64,000 nucleotides of DNA. It comes from Hemiscyllium ocellatum. Its lineage: Eukaryota. Position numbers and translations under genes: made by a program. Position 1 is the stretch's first letter, and every line of letters starts with the position of its first letter. Below, piece by piece: positions 40,264 through 52,545 of the stretch. The stretch is from NCBI RefSeq assembly GCF_020745735.1, contig NC_083418.1, forward strand, positions 49,741,776-49,805,775, written 5' to 3'. The notes beneath the pieces are model-generated. The model was not told the origin of the DNA, searched no databases, and saw only the letters and a list, made by a program, of their open reading frames with translations.

Positions 40264-43200
40264 CCCTTTCATTATACAGGTCACTTTGAAAACATGACCA
40301 CGTTGGCCCGAAGTCCCATCTGTTTGCACATCAACAAAATGGCCTCTCAATATCCTTTAATCTCTGTACTAAACCCTCTAATCGGAACCGAGAGAGTTTT
40401 ATGACCCTCTGAAAAAAAATCAAAGACACAGAGTCCTTGAGAAAAAGAACAGCTTTTAGCAAAAAAGGACCAACTTTGTGACACCTCCCCCCCTTTTTAA
40501 AAAAAATCAAAAGATGGCTTCATTTTTAAACAAATTGGTTAGTAGTTTAAACAGATTTATACACTATACTAACTATACCAATGCAAACCTGCACAGCCAC
40601 ATGCGAATTCAGGCTGCGGCACACCTGCCATCAAATGCCCCCGTATCTCATTCAGGTCTCGGTAACACATCAGTAATCACGTTTTCTCGACCTGCCACAT
40701 GCACAATTGTCAAATTGAATGGCTGCAACAACAAGCTTCATCTAAACAGACTGGCATTTTTGTCCTTAAATTTTTCTACAAATATCATTGGTTTATGATC
40801 AGTGTATACAATTGTCTCAGATGCATTGCTGGTAATATAAACACTGAAATGTTGCCAACACCAAGCTTAAAGTCTCTTTTTCTACTGTTGAATATTTCTG
40901 TTGATGAACATTTAACTTCCTGGAAAAATATCTGATGGGTCTTTTTTATCCTAGCATCATCCTCCTGCAGGAGCACTGCCACATCACTGGCATCGATATC
41001 CACCTTGAAAGGCTTCATGTAGTCTGGTGTGCCTAATACTGGGGCAGTGGTTTTGACAGTCCGCTGTCCACTGAAACTTCTTGCCTTTTTTTAAACAATT
41101 CAATGATTGGAGCAGCCAGACTGCTAAAGTTTGGCACAAACTTTTGGTAAAATCCACTTAATCCCAGAAATCGTAGTATTTTTTTTCGTCGACCGTGTGG
41201 GCAATTCCCCAATTACTTTCGTCTTCGCATCCCATGGGGCCATTCGTCCATGTCCAATAACATGGCCCAGGAACGTGACTTGAGCTTTAGCAAATTCACT
41301 TCTAGCCAGGTTTATCAGTAAGCCTGCCTTCCAAAGTCGACCGAACAACTCCGATAAATGCTGTAAATGGTCCTTCCAAGAAGGACTAAATATCACCAGA
41401 TTATCAATATACACCACACAGTTGGGTAATCTGGCAATGACCATATTAGTCAGTCTCTGAAATATGGCTGGAGCGTTTTTCATACCAAATGGCACGACTT
41501 TGAACTGGTATAGTCCATTTGCCAAAATTGCCCTTCGCTGTCTCTGACAGAGGTACTTGCTAGCAGCCGCTGAGCAAGTCCAACTTAGAAATGTCAGTTG
41601 CTTGTTCCACGTTTTCAACATCATCCTCCAACCGTGGGATTAGATATGCATCAGTCTTTGTAACGGCATTGACTTTATGATAGTCCACACATAACTGTTG
41701 GGTACTATCTGGCTTTGGCACCATGACTACAGGTGAGTTCCAGTCACTAACTCACTTTGATTGTGCCATCTTGGAGCATGCACTCTTTCTCCTTCTGAAC
41801 CTGTACCAATGTTAGAGGGTTATCGCCTATAAGGATGTTGCTTAATCGGAACAGCATTTTCTATCTCTACATCATGCACAATTAGGTTATACTTCCCAGT
41901 TTATTTCCATGTGATAATAACTCTTTCAGATCATTTTGATTTTCTTGTGGAAGATAACTCAATAATTTATCCCTATTTTTGACAGCTTCCTCATTGTCCA
42001 ATTTGATTTGAGGAATGTCCAATTCAGAATCCTCTGAACTTGGTTCTGTTCAGTTATCATTAAAATCTTCTCCTCTTGCTTTCCTTCCCCATCTATCTTT
42101 TGAACATATTCACATGACACACTGAGATTTCTTCTTCTCTGGAGTCCTTATGAAGTAGTTCACCTCACTCAGTTTCCTCTCAATTTGATAAGGTCAACTA
42201 AACCTTGCTTTTAAAGGCTCGCCTGTTACTGGAAGTAACACCAATACCTTAGCCCAATTGCAAAACTGCAAAATTGTGATTTCTTACCCGCTTCCTGTTT
42301 CATTGTATGCTGTGATACTTTTAAATGCTGTCTAGCCAACTTTCTAGCTCTATTTAATAATTCTCTAAAATTTGATACATAGTGCAAAAGGGTGATCTCT
42401 GAATTCTGACTTATTAGTTTCTCCTTAATCAATTTTAATGGTTCTCTTACTTCATGCCCAAAAATGAATTCAAATGGACTGAATTTAGTCAATTAATTTG
42501 GTGTATCTCAAAATCGCAAAAAGTACAAATGGAACTCACTTATCTCAGTCATCTGGACAATCCTGACCATAAGCTTCTCAACATAGTCTTTAGTGTTTGA
42601 TGCCATCTCTCTAGGTCTTACTGAGATTGTGAATGGTACACAGTAGATTTGAATTGCTTTATCCCCAAGTTATCCATAACCTTCTTGCATAGTTTGGATG
42701 TGAAGTTTAATCCTTGATCTGAGTGGACCTCTACTGGTAATCCATACCTAGTAAAAAAATTAAGTAATTCTTCGACAGCCCTTTTTCCTGTGATATTGCA
42801 TAATGGGATTGCCTCTGGAAATCTAGTCGGCATTATTATTAAACAGAAAGTGAGAATAAGTATTTATTGAGGTAGGGTTCCTATGCAATCAATCAAGACT
42901 CTTGTGAAAGGTTCCTCAAATGCTGGAATAGGTATTAAAGGTGCAGGTTTTATTACAGCCTGTGGTTTTCCGAATAGCTGACATGTATGACATGTCTGGC
43001 AAAATTCAACTACATCCTTGCCTTAAGTTCTTTGTCCTGAGATTCTTACAGATTTGATGCAACTGCAACACACCAACTTCTGTGAACAAGCAACCAAATT
43101 TATTAAGCATAGTACCCCCTTTGATCCCCCTCGCAGATGTGCGAGGTTGAGTCAAAAGTGATGGCCTGAACAAAGAAAACACATTCCCTTTATACAGGTC

Positions 43201-44009
43201 AGTTAACCATGCCTACAGATGCTCTGGCCACTCCCCCACAGTTATGTGCCACTCAAGACAACCCAGTTACTCACAGTCACATGTTACCCCAGGTACAATG
43301 GCAGGGTGAGAGCATCTTTCAAGATAATGTAAATGCTAATGCCCTAATCATGGGGAATCGTTATGCGGATGATTTCTTGACTCAGTGATTCCTCAAGCCA
43401 TTGTGGGTGTGACATACTTCTGGCCAAAAAGCATTTCTAGATGGAAGAGACTGAATTATGGTTTAACTTGACAATAGCAAGGGGGAGTAACAGCATATAA
43501 CTGTCTACATAATGTGTAAATTACAATGGATGGCCATCGGTATTCTTTCATGATTGTTGTCCCCACCCAAAGTCAGTGCAGGTAAACCCTTTAATTTTAC
43601 ATTAGTGTCCAGAGAGATATTCCCATTTAAACTTTTAACATTACATTCCTCCCTTTTATCATTCTATGATAGCCACCCAGATGACACTACCGGCTTTCAT
43701 AAGAATCTTACTGCCAGTACTAAAGCAAGTTATTGATACACAACATGCAATGATTAGAACAACAAAAATTACTAGTCTATACAGTAAAATAAAGTTTGAA
43801 GAATCTGCCCACGTGGAAACAAAATTCCCCATGAAAGGTCTTAAACCCACAGTCCTTAGTGACCACTCCATCCCCTCCATGTCGAGTGGAAGTGAGCCAG
43901 TTCTCCAAATTCTCCTTCAATAAAGTCTAACCTGAAAACAAAATTCAGTCTGTCCTTGCACACCACTTCACGGAGAAATCTGAATTCTTGGATAAGGGCA
44001 GTCAGATAC

Positions 44010-44351
44010 TTAACAAAACTGAGAAGACTTCCATCCTTGTGAAGATGCTTCAGATAGAGGATACCAGCACATCTGAGTGTACAGTGCTGCAGCAGCAGCC
44101 TGCTAGGTAATTGCAGCATTCTTGGCTGCTTCTACTTCCGTGCAGCTGTGAAATGTAACAAAGCCAACTGGCTGTTGTGATGTTAGCTTGATCAGTGAAC
44201 CTTCATATCCCTTAAATGATTGAAAGTGAAGGTAGAGCTCGTGTGGTTTAATATCCATAGGACGACCACTGACAAAAAGCATACAGACCTCCTCTTCACT
44301 GTTGTTAGCTTCACTGTTCGTATTTGTGACTAGGGAGCTGATTGAATCCAT
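44010..44351 (-). pseudogene. RBPMS2: Processed, internally deleted RBPMS2-like sequence inside LTR element 1
   Basis: One frame: [54 protein letters not shown], then IT*QAAAAALYTQMCWYPLSEASSQGWKSSQFC*. These match the RBPMS/RBPMS2 RRM start and C-terminus (human RBPMS2 ..[28 protein letters not shown]). No introns. Confidence 0.85.
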
Positions 44352-45069
44352 TGGATCAGGTTGTGGAGGGGTGAGTGGTGGTCCGAAGGTGTGCTTTACC
44401 CGTGAATGGAGAAACTCCAAAGACCATGTCAACTGCTGAAAATATCTTAGCATTTCCTCCTTGCCAAAGTGGTTATCAGTATGAAGACAGACATACATTT
44501 AACTACACTAAATTATGTCTGCCTATTCCAATATTTTCAGTCCCCTTGAAGTCTGTTACTCTGTTCACTATACAATTCATAAACTTCTAAATTGTACTGT
44601 CTCAACAGTTCAGTCAATTATAAACAATAATCAATGGCCTTAAAATCAAACCCAAGGGGACCCAATTCAGGTTATTAAAAAATTATTTTTCTTTAACAAA
44701 TTAATATTTGGCTAGTGTGAAAGCTGTCAAGAAAAGTGTTTCCTGTGTTCTAGCCATTTAAGAGGCTGTTTCAGTTCAGATTTAAATCTCCCATTATCAT
44801 GGGAAACAAATGCAGAACGTACTAAAATATTTTCTCCAAATGAGACTTCCCAAATAAAACAGTCGGAATTACAGTGGCAACTTCAGTAGAGATCAACATT
44901 CTTTGAATTTGCAATATGAAGGGGGCCAATGAAGTCTTAATGATAATTAACAGAACTAAAACAGCTCTACCTCAAGTTCTGATATTCTCTAAAATCTTAA
45001 AACATCAAAGTCAAAATGCACTGTTCTTTTTGTGAACACTCTGCATTAAAAACACAGCAATATTGATGT

Positions 45070-45600
45070 TTTAGATTAGATTGAGGGGTCAACTGAGTGG
45101 TAGGTTAGAGAGAGAGAGATCAAGATGAAACTCATCCGTCTCACGCAACCAACACTCAGGCGATCGCTTATTCAGTCCACCTGGAAACTCTGTTGGAATT
45201 CCATCGCTGCCACCAATTGTTAGGTGTTTTTATTCTTGAGATTCTTAAACACTTGATGCAATTGTAACACACCAACTCTGTGAACAAGCAACCAAATTTA
45301 TGAAGTACAGTACAGTACAAGCAGGCGTGCAAGGTTGAGTCAAAGTGAGGCACTGAACAGTGCAGAAACAGGTCCTTGGCCCAACTAGTCCACACTAACC
45401 CTCTAAAGGGTAGCCCACACAGACCCATTTCCCTCTGACTAATACACCTAACCTTATGGGCAATTTAGCACAGTCAATTCACCTGACCTGCACATTTTTG
45501 GACTGTGGGAGGAAACCAGAGCACCCAGAGGAAACCCACGCAGTCACCCAAGGCTGGAATTGAACTGGGCACCCTGGTGCTGTGAGGCAGTAGTGCTAAT
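45070..45600 (-). mobile_element. HE1/V-SINE inside element 1, itself interrupted by a duplicated leader-PBS-LTR fragment (~45082-45357)
   Basis: The SINE tail ttagattagatt is separated from cagtgcagaaacagg by a copy of ~46523-46812. Confidence 0.65.
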
Positions 45601-48600
45601 CATCTGGCTAAAGCATGACCACTGACCCAACTTCCTTTTTTACAGGCATTGTAGAATTTCAAACAAATCAGGGCTGAAGGCACTCAATCAATTTGTTTTA
45701 AGGTTACCAGTTTATAATTTTAAAAAGGGCATAATGTTGTACAGTTTCATTGTAAAAACAAAGTCTGCCCCATTACATAGCCCACAATACACATCGAATC
45801 AAGATCTTAATTCAAACAAGGCAAAGCAATTACTTAAAAGGATATTCTGAACCAGTGTTTTAACAAACCAAATAATTTAAATATCAAACACTCTCAACGT
45901 GGCATAATTTACATTGAAACTTTCTTTTCTGACACAAGTATTCGAACACCCTTATTTCAGCATTTCTCATTTTTTTTTGTATCCTCTCCAGGAAATTACT
46001 CTTATGATAAGAGAAAGCCCTTGCAGCGGACCACTCGTCGCTGCAGTCCAAACCATTCCCTTCCCCCAGAACACAGACTCACCGAGTTGAGTCTACAGCG
46101 CAAAAACCCGGACAAAGCTTCCCTGACAGTCAATGCACTTTACTTCGGGACGCAAGTGGACCAACTCCACTTTCTCTCCCTTTTCCCGGTGACTCCATGT
46201 TGTCTAAGAGTACTTCAAAGGGGAGGTGTGGGGGACAAAGGCAACAATTTTAAGAAGTACCAAATTCTAATTTTTTTACTTCGGAACCTCAAAGCTCGCC
46301 ACTAGAGGACTTTAAACTCATTTTAACTCTGGTACTCTAACCCAGATTTTAATCGTGGGACTCTAACCCTGGTTTAACTGTGGGGGCTCTAACTCCAATT
46401 CACCCCAATACTCTACGCAGATTTAACCCCAATTCACCCCTTTTTAAAACCCAGCATTGCGTAAAGCAACTTGGCGTGCAAGTTAGCTCCAAGATTCCTT
46501 CACCACAGAGTCCTAGGGGACGAGGGGTCAACTGAGTTGTGGGTTTAGAGAGAGAGAGAGAGATCAAGATGAAGCTTACCTTGTGGGCTCATCCGTCTCA
46601 CGTAATCAACACTCAGACAATCGCTTATTCAGTCCACCTGGAAGCTGTGTTGGAATTCCATTGCTGCCACCAATTGTTAGGTGTTTTTACTCTTGAGATT
46701 CTTAAACACTTGATGCAATTGTAACACTCCAACTCTGTGAACAAGCAACCAAATTTATGAAGTACAGTACAAGCTAGGCGTGCAAAGTTGAGTCAAAGTG
46801 AGGCACTGAATAGAGAAGACACATCCCCTTTATATAGGTCAGTTAGCCATGCCTACAGATGCTCTAGCCACTCCTCCATAGTCACATGCCACTGAAGCCA
46901 ACCCCCAGTCACTCACAGTCATATGTTACCCCAGGTACAATGGCAGGGTGAGATCATCCTCAGGGGTTATGCAAATGCTAATGCCCTAATCCTGGGGAAT
47001 CGTTATGCAAATGATTTCTTGACTTCGTGATTTCTCAAGACAATGCAGATGTGACATACCTCCAGCCAAAAAGCATTTCTAGATGGAAGAGACTGAATTA
47101 TGGTTTAACTTGACAATAGCAGGGGACTAATAACAAATGACTGTCTAAGTGAAGTATGAAGTACAATGGATGGTCATCTGCCTTCTTTCATGATGTCTCC
47201 ACCCAAAGACAGTGCAGTTTAACCCTTTCATATTACATTAACATCCATAGAGATATTCCTATTTGATTTATTAACATTACACTTGTATAGTCCAGGCCAG
47301 TAAAAAATGTCTTTGTATTTTAGCTTGTGTTTTCTTCATTCCCTTAAATTACCTCAAAGTGGTAGCTCATGCATCACTCGCAGCACCTCCTTTCTATATC
47401 CCACTGGCAAAACAATTTGATGAATCTCTGCCCATTTCTCATCTGCTTGAATGTGTGATGGTCTCCATTTCCTCATTAAGACAACATTTATTAAGTAATA
47501 ACACACAGGGATACAGTCACTCTTCTCCTCTGTATATGCCTTCTGATATAACTGTTTTAAATTCTCATCTTTCTGCTGTAACTCAACCAGCTTAGCAGAG
47601 CTAAAGATATTTGCATGTTTACCTCTTTGCTCCTGCTCTATCCCATTTATCTGATCAAAAAAGGTCTCTGATAAAGCTGTCAACTTCCATATCTGTGCCT
47701 TTTGATCTTTCCTGCTTCAGCTTGTACCTGTGTGATCTTGTGATCACACCATCTGGGAAAATTCCTGGATGAACACCCTTCATTTCTACATTTGCCTGTG
47801 TTTTCACTGGCTTTTCTGCTAGCGTAGGCAGCACGCTACCAGTGAATCAGCTATATCATTTGCAAAGACAAATTGTATTCCTGGAGCTGAGAGTTTGTCC
47901 AGTATTCCTACCACAAATTTTCCACTCTTCTCTGGACTCTCTAGCCTCACTTTACAGAATTGAGCACTTTTTGTCTCACCATGAATTCCTGTTACCAATA
48001 CCTTTTCTGGCACTAGTCCCTCAAATGCATATCTCCTCATCCTTCAGCATCACAGACTGAGAGGATCCTATGTCCCTTAATATTGTAATCTCTTTACCTG
48101 CTACTTCTGGCCTATGTGAATAAACTTTACCTTTGCATGTATATTTTTTAGGCAGATCTGGCACTTACCTCCTTAATCAACCCCTGATCATCCTGTACAT
48201 TCTGAGGCAGTTGTCTAATTTCTTTGTGCTTTTTGTTACTAGTCCAACAAAACTCCCAGACTTGTATGGTTTTCCTACATCTGGTTTTCTCCTAGCCCAC
48301 AACACTGATTTTGTGTGGCCCACTTTATTGCAATGAAAACACCAGAGCTTTTTAAACTTCTTTGTCTCCTTCAAGGGTTTCTTTTATACCCTGTGGTAAG
48401 TTATCCTTTTGATCTTCACTGAGATCCACCTTTCCCTTTCCAATTGAGGATGACTCTTTGCCCCAATTTCTATCCCTCATGGACTGAAATTGATTTTGGA
48501 AACCAAACCGTGTTTTATGGACCAGCTCATAATCATCAGCCACATCAGCTGCTAACTTGCTGTTTTAACTCTCTGCTCTTACATATGAGTTCACACTAGT

Positions 48601-50458
48601 TCAGGCAGTGAAGTTTTCAGTTCCTCCAAAATGATTAACTCACTAAGGGCATGATGGGTTTGCTCAATTTTTAAAGTCTTATTCATCTATTGAAATTACT
48701 CTGTTTGATCCTTTCAAACTCAATATAGGTTGACCAGTGTCCCTCTTTAGATCCCTGAAACATTATCTATAGGCTTCCTCGATAAGGTTACCATCAGTCT
48801 TTATCTCCAACCTTTTAAGCTGACTTTCCTTTTTAAGTGTCAGTTTCTGAAGTTCAAACCGTCTCTCTTTTTCTCTCTGTTCTGCTGCTTTCTCTTTTTT
48901 TCCCCTCTCTTCTGTTTTTATTTGTAACTCAAACTTTTTCATTTCTTCTGCCCTTTCCTTTTCCTGCCTCTAACTCAAACTGCTTCATTTGCAATTGAAT
49001 TCTTGCCATCTGTATCAATTCTGATGGTTTCTCTGGCAAGTTGGATGCTAAGCTACTGATGTAATTATCTCTCCTTTCTTCACAGAAGTAGGCAGGTCCA
49101 ATCCCAGCTGATCTGCTAATTCCTGCAGCTTGGTCTTATTCTCCTTTTGCAAAACTTCCAAAGTCACCACATGCACTTCCAGAAAACTTTTGATGACTGA
49201 AAGAGCCATTACTATCCCATACTTTGTCTACCAAAACAAACCAATAGCCAAAATAAAGACACTAACACCTACCACTCACAAAGAGCCCCCAGTCTCTTAT
49301 GGACTAGGCCAGACCACTCAAAATCTTCTTAAGCAGGCAGCCCAGACCATAACATTGCAATTTGTTTCAGTAAGTGTACAGTGAAAATTACCCAGAGTAA
49401 GTTAGCTAGGTTGACTACCAGGTTTTAAAACAGACAAAAATATATTCACAAAATTACACAATGAACAGAATAAAGAACCCCTGCAGAACTCGGTGTATCC
49501 ATGCTAGACTTAATTATGTTGTTCCGAATATACACAACAGTCCCAGTTGTCTTCCCGTTGGCCCCATCCCGCAGTCAAAGTAAACGCTCAGCGACGCAGT
49601 ATAGTTTTACCTCCTTCATCTTTATTCCGGGCCCTGGAGGGAGAGAGAATGATTGCCCATTTGCACAGAGACATGAGTTCATGGTCTTCTCTGGAACAGC
49701 AGTTTCTCAAGGAACTATATAGTCATTTTACAGGGAAGGGCATCCAGATAAGGCAACGTATTAATTGGGTGACCGTTACAATCAACATGTACGAATAGCA
49801 GAAACCAAGCCCTTTACTATTATACAATGAATGTTCTTAACCTTGTTAACTGGATTCATATAATGAATACTTTTCACCTTGTTAACTGACCTTACAAACT
49901 GAATGCTTCCAATATTTTTAAATAGCTGTACATAATGAATACTTTTCCACCTTGTTCACCCATTATCCTTGCCTCAAGCACCCCAATGTTAACTGTAACT
50001 TCTTATCTGATTTGAGTCATGCTCAGCTGAAACTCTTTTTCACAAAACTCAGAAGTTGACTCTTTCTCTGCCTGCTTATACCCTATAAATATTCTTATTC
50101 CCTCATTTTATCATTTTGTGATAATCACCGAGATGCCATTACCAGCTTTCATAGGACTCTGACAGTCAGTGTTTAAGCAAGTTATTGACACACAGCACAC
50201 AGTGATTATAACAGCAAAAATTACTAGTCCATTACAGTAATTAGAATTTGAAGAATCCTCCCATGTGGAAAAAAAATCACTAGTAAAGTTCTTAAATCCA
50301 CAGTCCTGAGTGACCACTCCATCCCCCCCAAGTCGAGTGAAAACAAACCAGTTCTCCAAAACCTCCTTTAGTAAAGTCCAAACTGAAAACAAAATTCAGT
50401 CTATCTTAGCATCACTCCTTGGAGAAATCAGATTTCTTGGATAAGGGCAGTTAAATGC

Positions 50459-50777
50459 TTAACAAAACTGATAAGACTTCCTTCCTTGCAGTGAGGCTTC
50501 AGATGAAGGATACCATCTGAGCATACAGTGCTGCAGCTGCAGCAGCAGGCTAGGTGAATGGAGCATTCTTTGCTGTGTCTGCTCCCGTGCTGCTGTTAAA
50601 TGTAACAAAACCAACTGGCTGTTGTGATGTTAGCTTGATCAGTGAACCTACATATCCGTTAAGTGCTTGAACGACAATGTAAATCTCACGTGGTTTAATG
50701 TCGATAGGAAGACCACTGACAAGAAGCATACAGACCTCCTCTTCACTGTTGTTAACCTCTTCACTTTTCACCCTCGT
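50459..50777 (-). pseudogene. RBPMS2: Second processed, internally deleted RBPMS2-like copy inside LTR element 2
   Basis: [70 protein letters not shown], then frameshifted YPSSEASLQGRKSYQFC*. Confidence 0.85.
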
Positions 50778-52238
50778 GACTAGGGAGCTGATTGAATCTG
50801 TTGGATCAGGCTGTGGCGGGGCGGGCGGTGGTCTGAAGGTGTGCTTTACCTGTGAATGGAGAAACTCTTAGTTATTCGCTGCAAGTATCTTTGCATTTCC
50901 TCTCTCATTCCCTCCTTGCTAAAGTGGTTCTCAGTATGAACAGTCACACACATATACTAAATTGTGTCAGCCTATTCCAATATTCTTTGAATTCTTGAAG
51001 TCTGTTACTCTTCACTATTTATGACAAGTTTTGTACAATCCATAAACTTCTAAATTGTTCATGCCTAAACAACTCAGTCAATTATAACCAACAATCAATG
51101 GTCCTAAAATCAAACCCTCAGGTACCTCATTCAGGTTATTCAAAAATTATTCAATCCTTTAACAAATTAATACTTTTCCTGACAGCTTTCACATTAGCCA
51201 AGTATTTCAAAAATCTGGAACAGCAAGATAACAACAAGATGTTTCCAGTGCTTTAGCAATTGAAGAGGCAGTTTAAGTTTAGATGTAAATCTCAAATATT
51301 CGTGGGAAACAAATGCTGAATATTTTAAAATATGTTCTCCAAATGAAACTTTCCAAATAAAAGAGCCGGAATCACAGTGCCAATTTTAGTAGAAATCAAC
51401 ATTCTTTGAATTTGCATTATGAAGGGGTTCAATGAAGTCTTAACAATAATTAGCAGAACTGAAACAGCTCAGCCTCAAGTTCTGATATTCTCTAAAATCT
51501 TAGTAAAACATCAAACTCAAAGTGCACTCTTCTTTTAGTGAACACTCTGCATTAAAAACACAGCAACGAAGATATTTTAATACAATACTCTCATCTGGCT
51601 AAAGCATGACCATTGACCCAACTGTTTCTTTTTAAACGGGCATTATAGAATTTCAAACTAATCAGGGGCTCAAGGGACTCAATCAATTTGTTTTAAGGTT
51701 ACAAGTTTGATAATTTTAAAAAGGGCATAATGTTATACAATTTCAATGTAAAAACAAAGTCTGTCCCATTACACAGCCTGCAAAACACATTGAGTTGAGA
51801 TCCTGATTCAAACAAGGCAAAACATTACTTAAAAGGATTTTCTAAAACAGGATTTTAACAAACCAAAATTTTTAAACATCAAACACTATCAGCATGGCAC
51901 AAGCTACATTGAAACTTTCCTTTTTCAACCCAAGTATTAGAACAATCTTTAATTTTAGCGTTTCTTGTTTTTGTTTTTGCATCTTCTCACTGAAATTACT
52001 CTTGTAAAAAGAGAAAACCCTGACAGCGGACCATATGGCACCGTGGTCCAAGCCACTCTCTTCCCCCAGAACAAAGACGCACAGAGCCTCAAATATCATC
52101 GCTAGGGGCCTTTAACCCCTTTCTCACTTTACTCCTCATGGGGGCTTGAACCCCAATTAAACACAGACAGCTCGAATCCCAAACACAGAGAGCTCGAAAC
52201 TTAAATACCAAAAGCTTGAACCTCAGCACAGTGCGGAC

Positions 52239-52545
52239 GACTTGAACCTCAAATCAACCCACCCAGTGGACTTGAACCCCAGTCCATGCAGAGGACACGA
52301 ACCTCAATCGAACCCACCCCATGGGGCTCGAACCCCAGTAACACGCAGAGGACTCAAATCTCCATCAAACCCACCCCAGGGAACTCTAACCCCAGTACCG
52401 CGCAGTAGACTCGAGCCTCAATCAAACCCACTCCAGGTGACTCTAGCACCAGTACTGCGCAGAAGACTCAGACTTCAAACAAACTCACCTGTGGGGATTG
52501 GAACCCTAGTACCGTGCAGAGGACTCTAACCTCAAATATACACCC
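52239..52545. repeat. 57-bp tandem repeat, about 5.5 copies, in the leader of element 2
   Basis: Unit starts at 52239, 52294, 52351, 52408, 52465 and 52522. Confidence 0.85.

Larger units (their letters stand above)
43021..47281 (-). mobile_element. Non-autonomous LTR element 1 (LTR family A: 46675-47281 and ~43019-43646; tRNA-Leu PBS 46655-46672; PPT at 43647-43657)
   Basis: Two ~610-bp direct repeats starting TGTAATG on -. PBS TGGTGGCAGC. 4-bp CTTG flanking repeat (43017-43020 and 47282-47285). No gag/pol inside. Confidence 0.85.
39860..49547 (-). mobile_element. Degenerate Gmr1-type Ty3/Gypsy LTR retrotransposon (gag-PR-IN-RT-RH), split by a nested insertion at 43021-47281
   Basis: tRNA-Pro PBS TGGGGGCTC (49283-49291); gag start MALSVIKSFLEV (~49209); zinc knuckle CFHCNKVGH; protease LRDIGSSQS; integrase HELP..YWPGLYK|DVVEFCQTCHTCQ and RFPEAIPL..SDQG; RT FGMKNAP..YIDN; RNase H DIDASD; PPT 40484-40497 followed by TG at 40483. 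LTR limits are approximate. Confidence 0.85.

Noticed and set aside
44103-44111. Programmed stop-codon readthrough at TAG CAG GCT
   Set aside because: The context does not match the CAR-YYA or MLV pseudoknot signals, and copy 2 is frameshifted downstream.
52242-52529. 95-aa ORF with 19-aa repeats as a protein-coding gene
   Set aside because: It results from a 57-bp tandem repeat on the strand opposite the element, with no splice sites or known domain.
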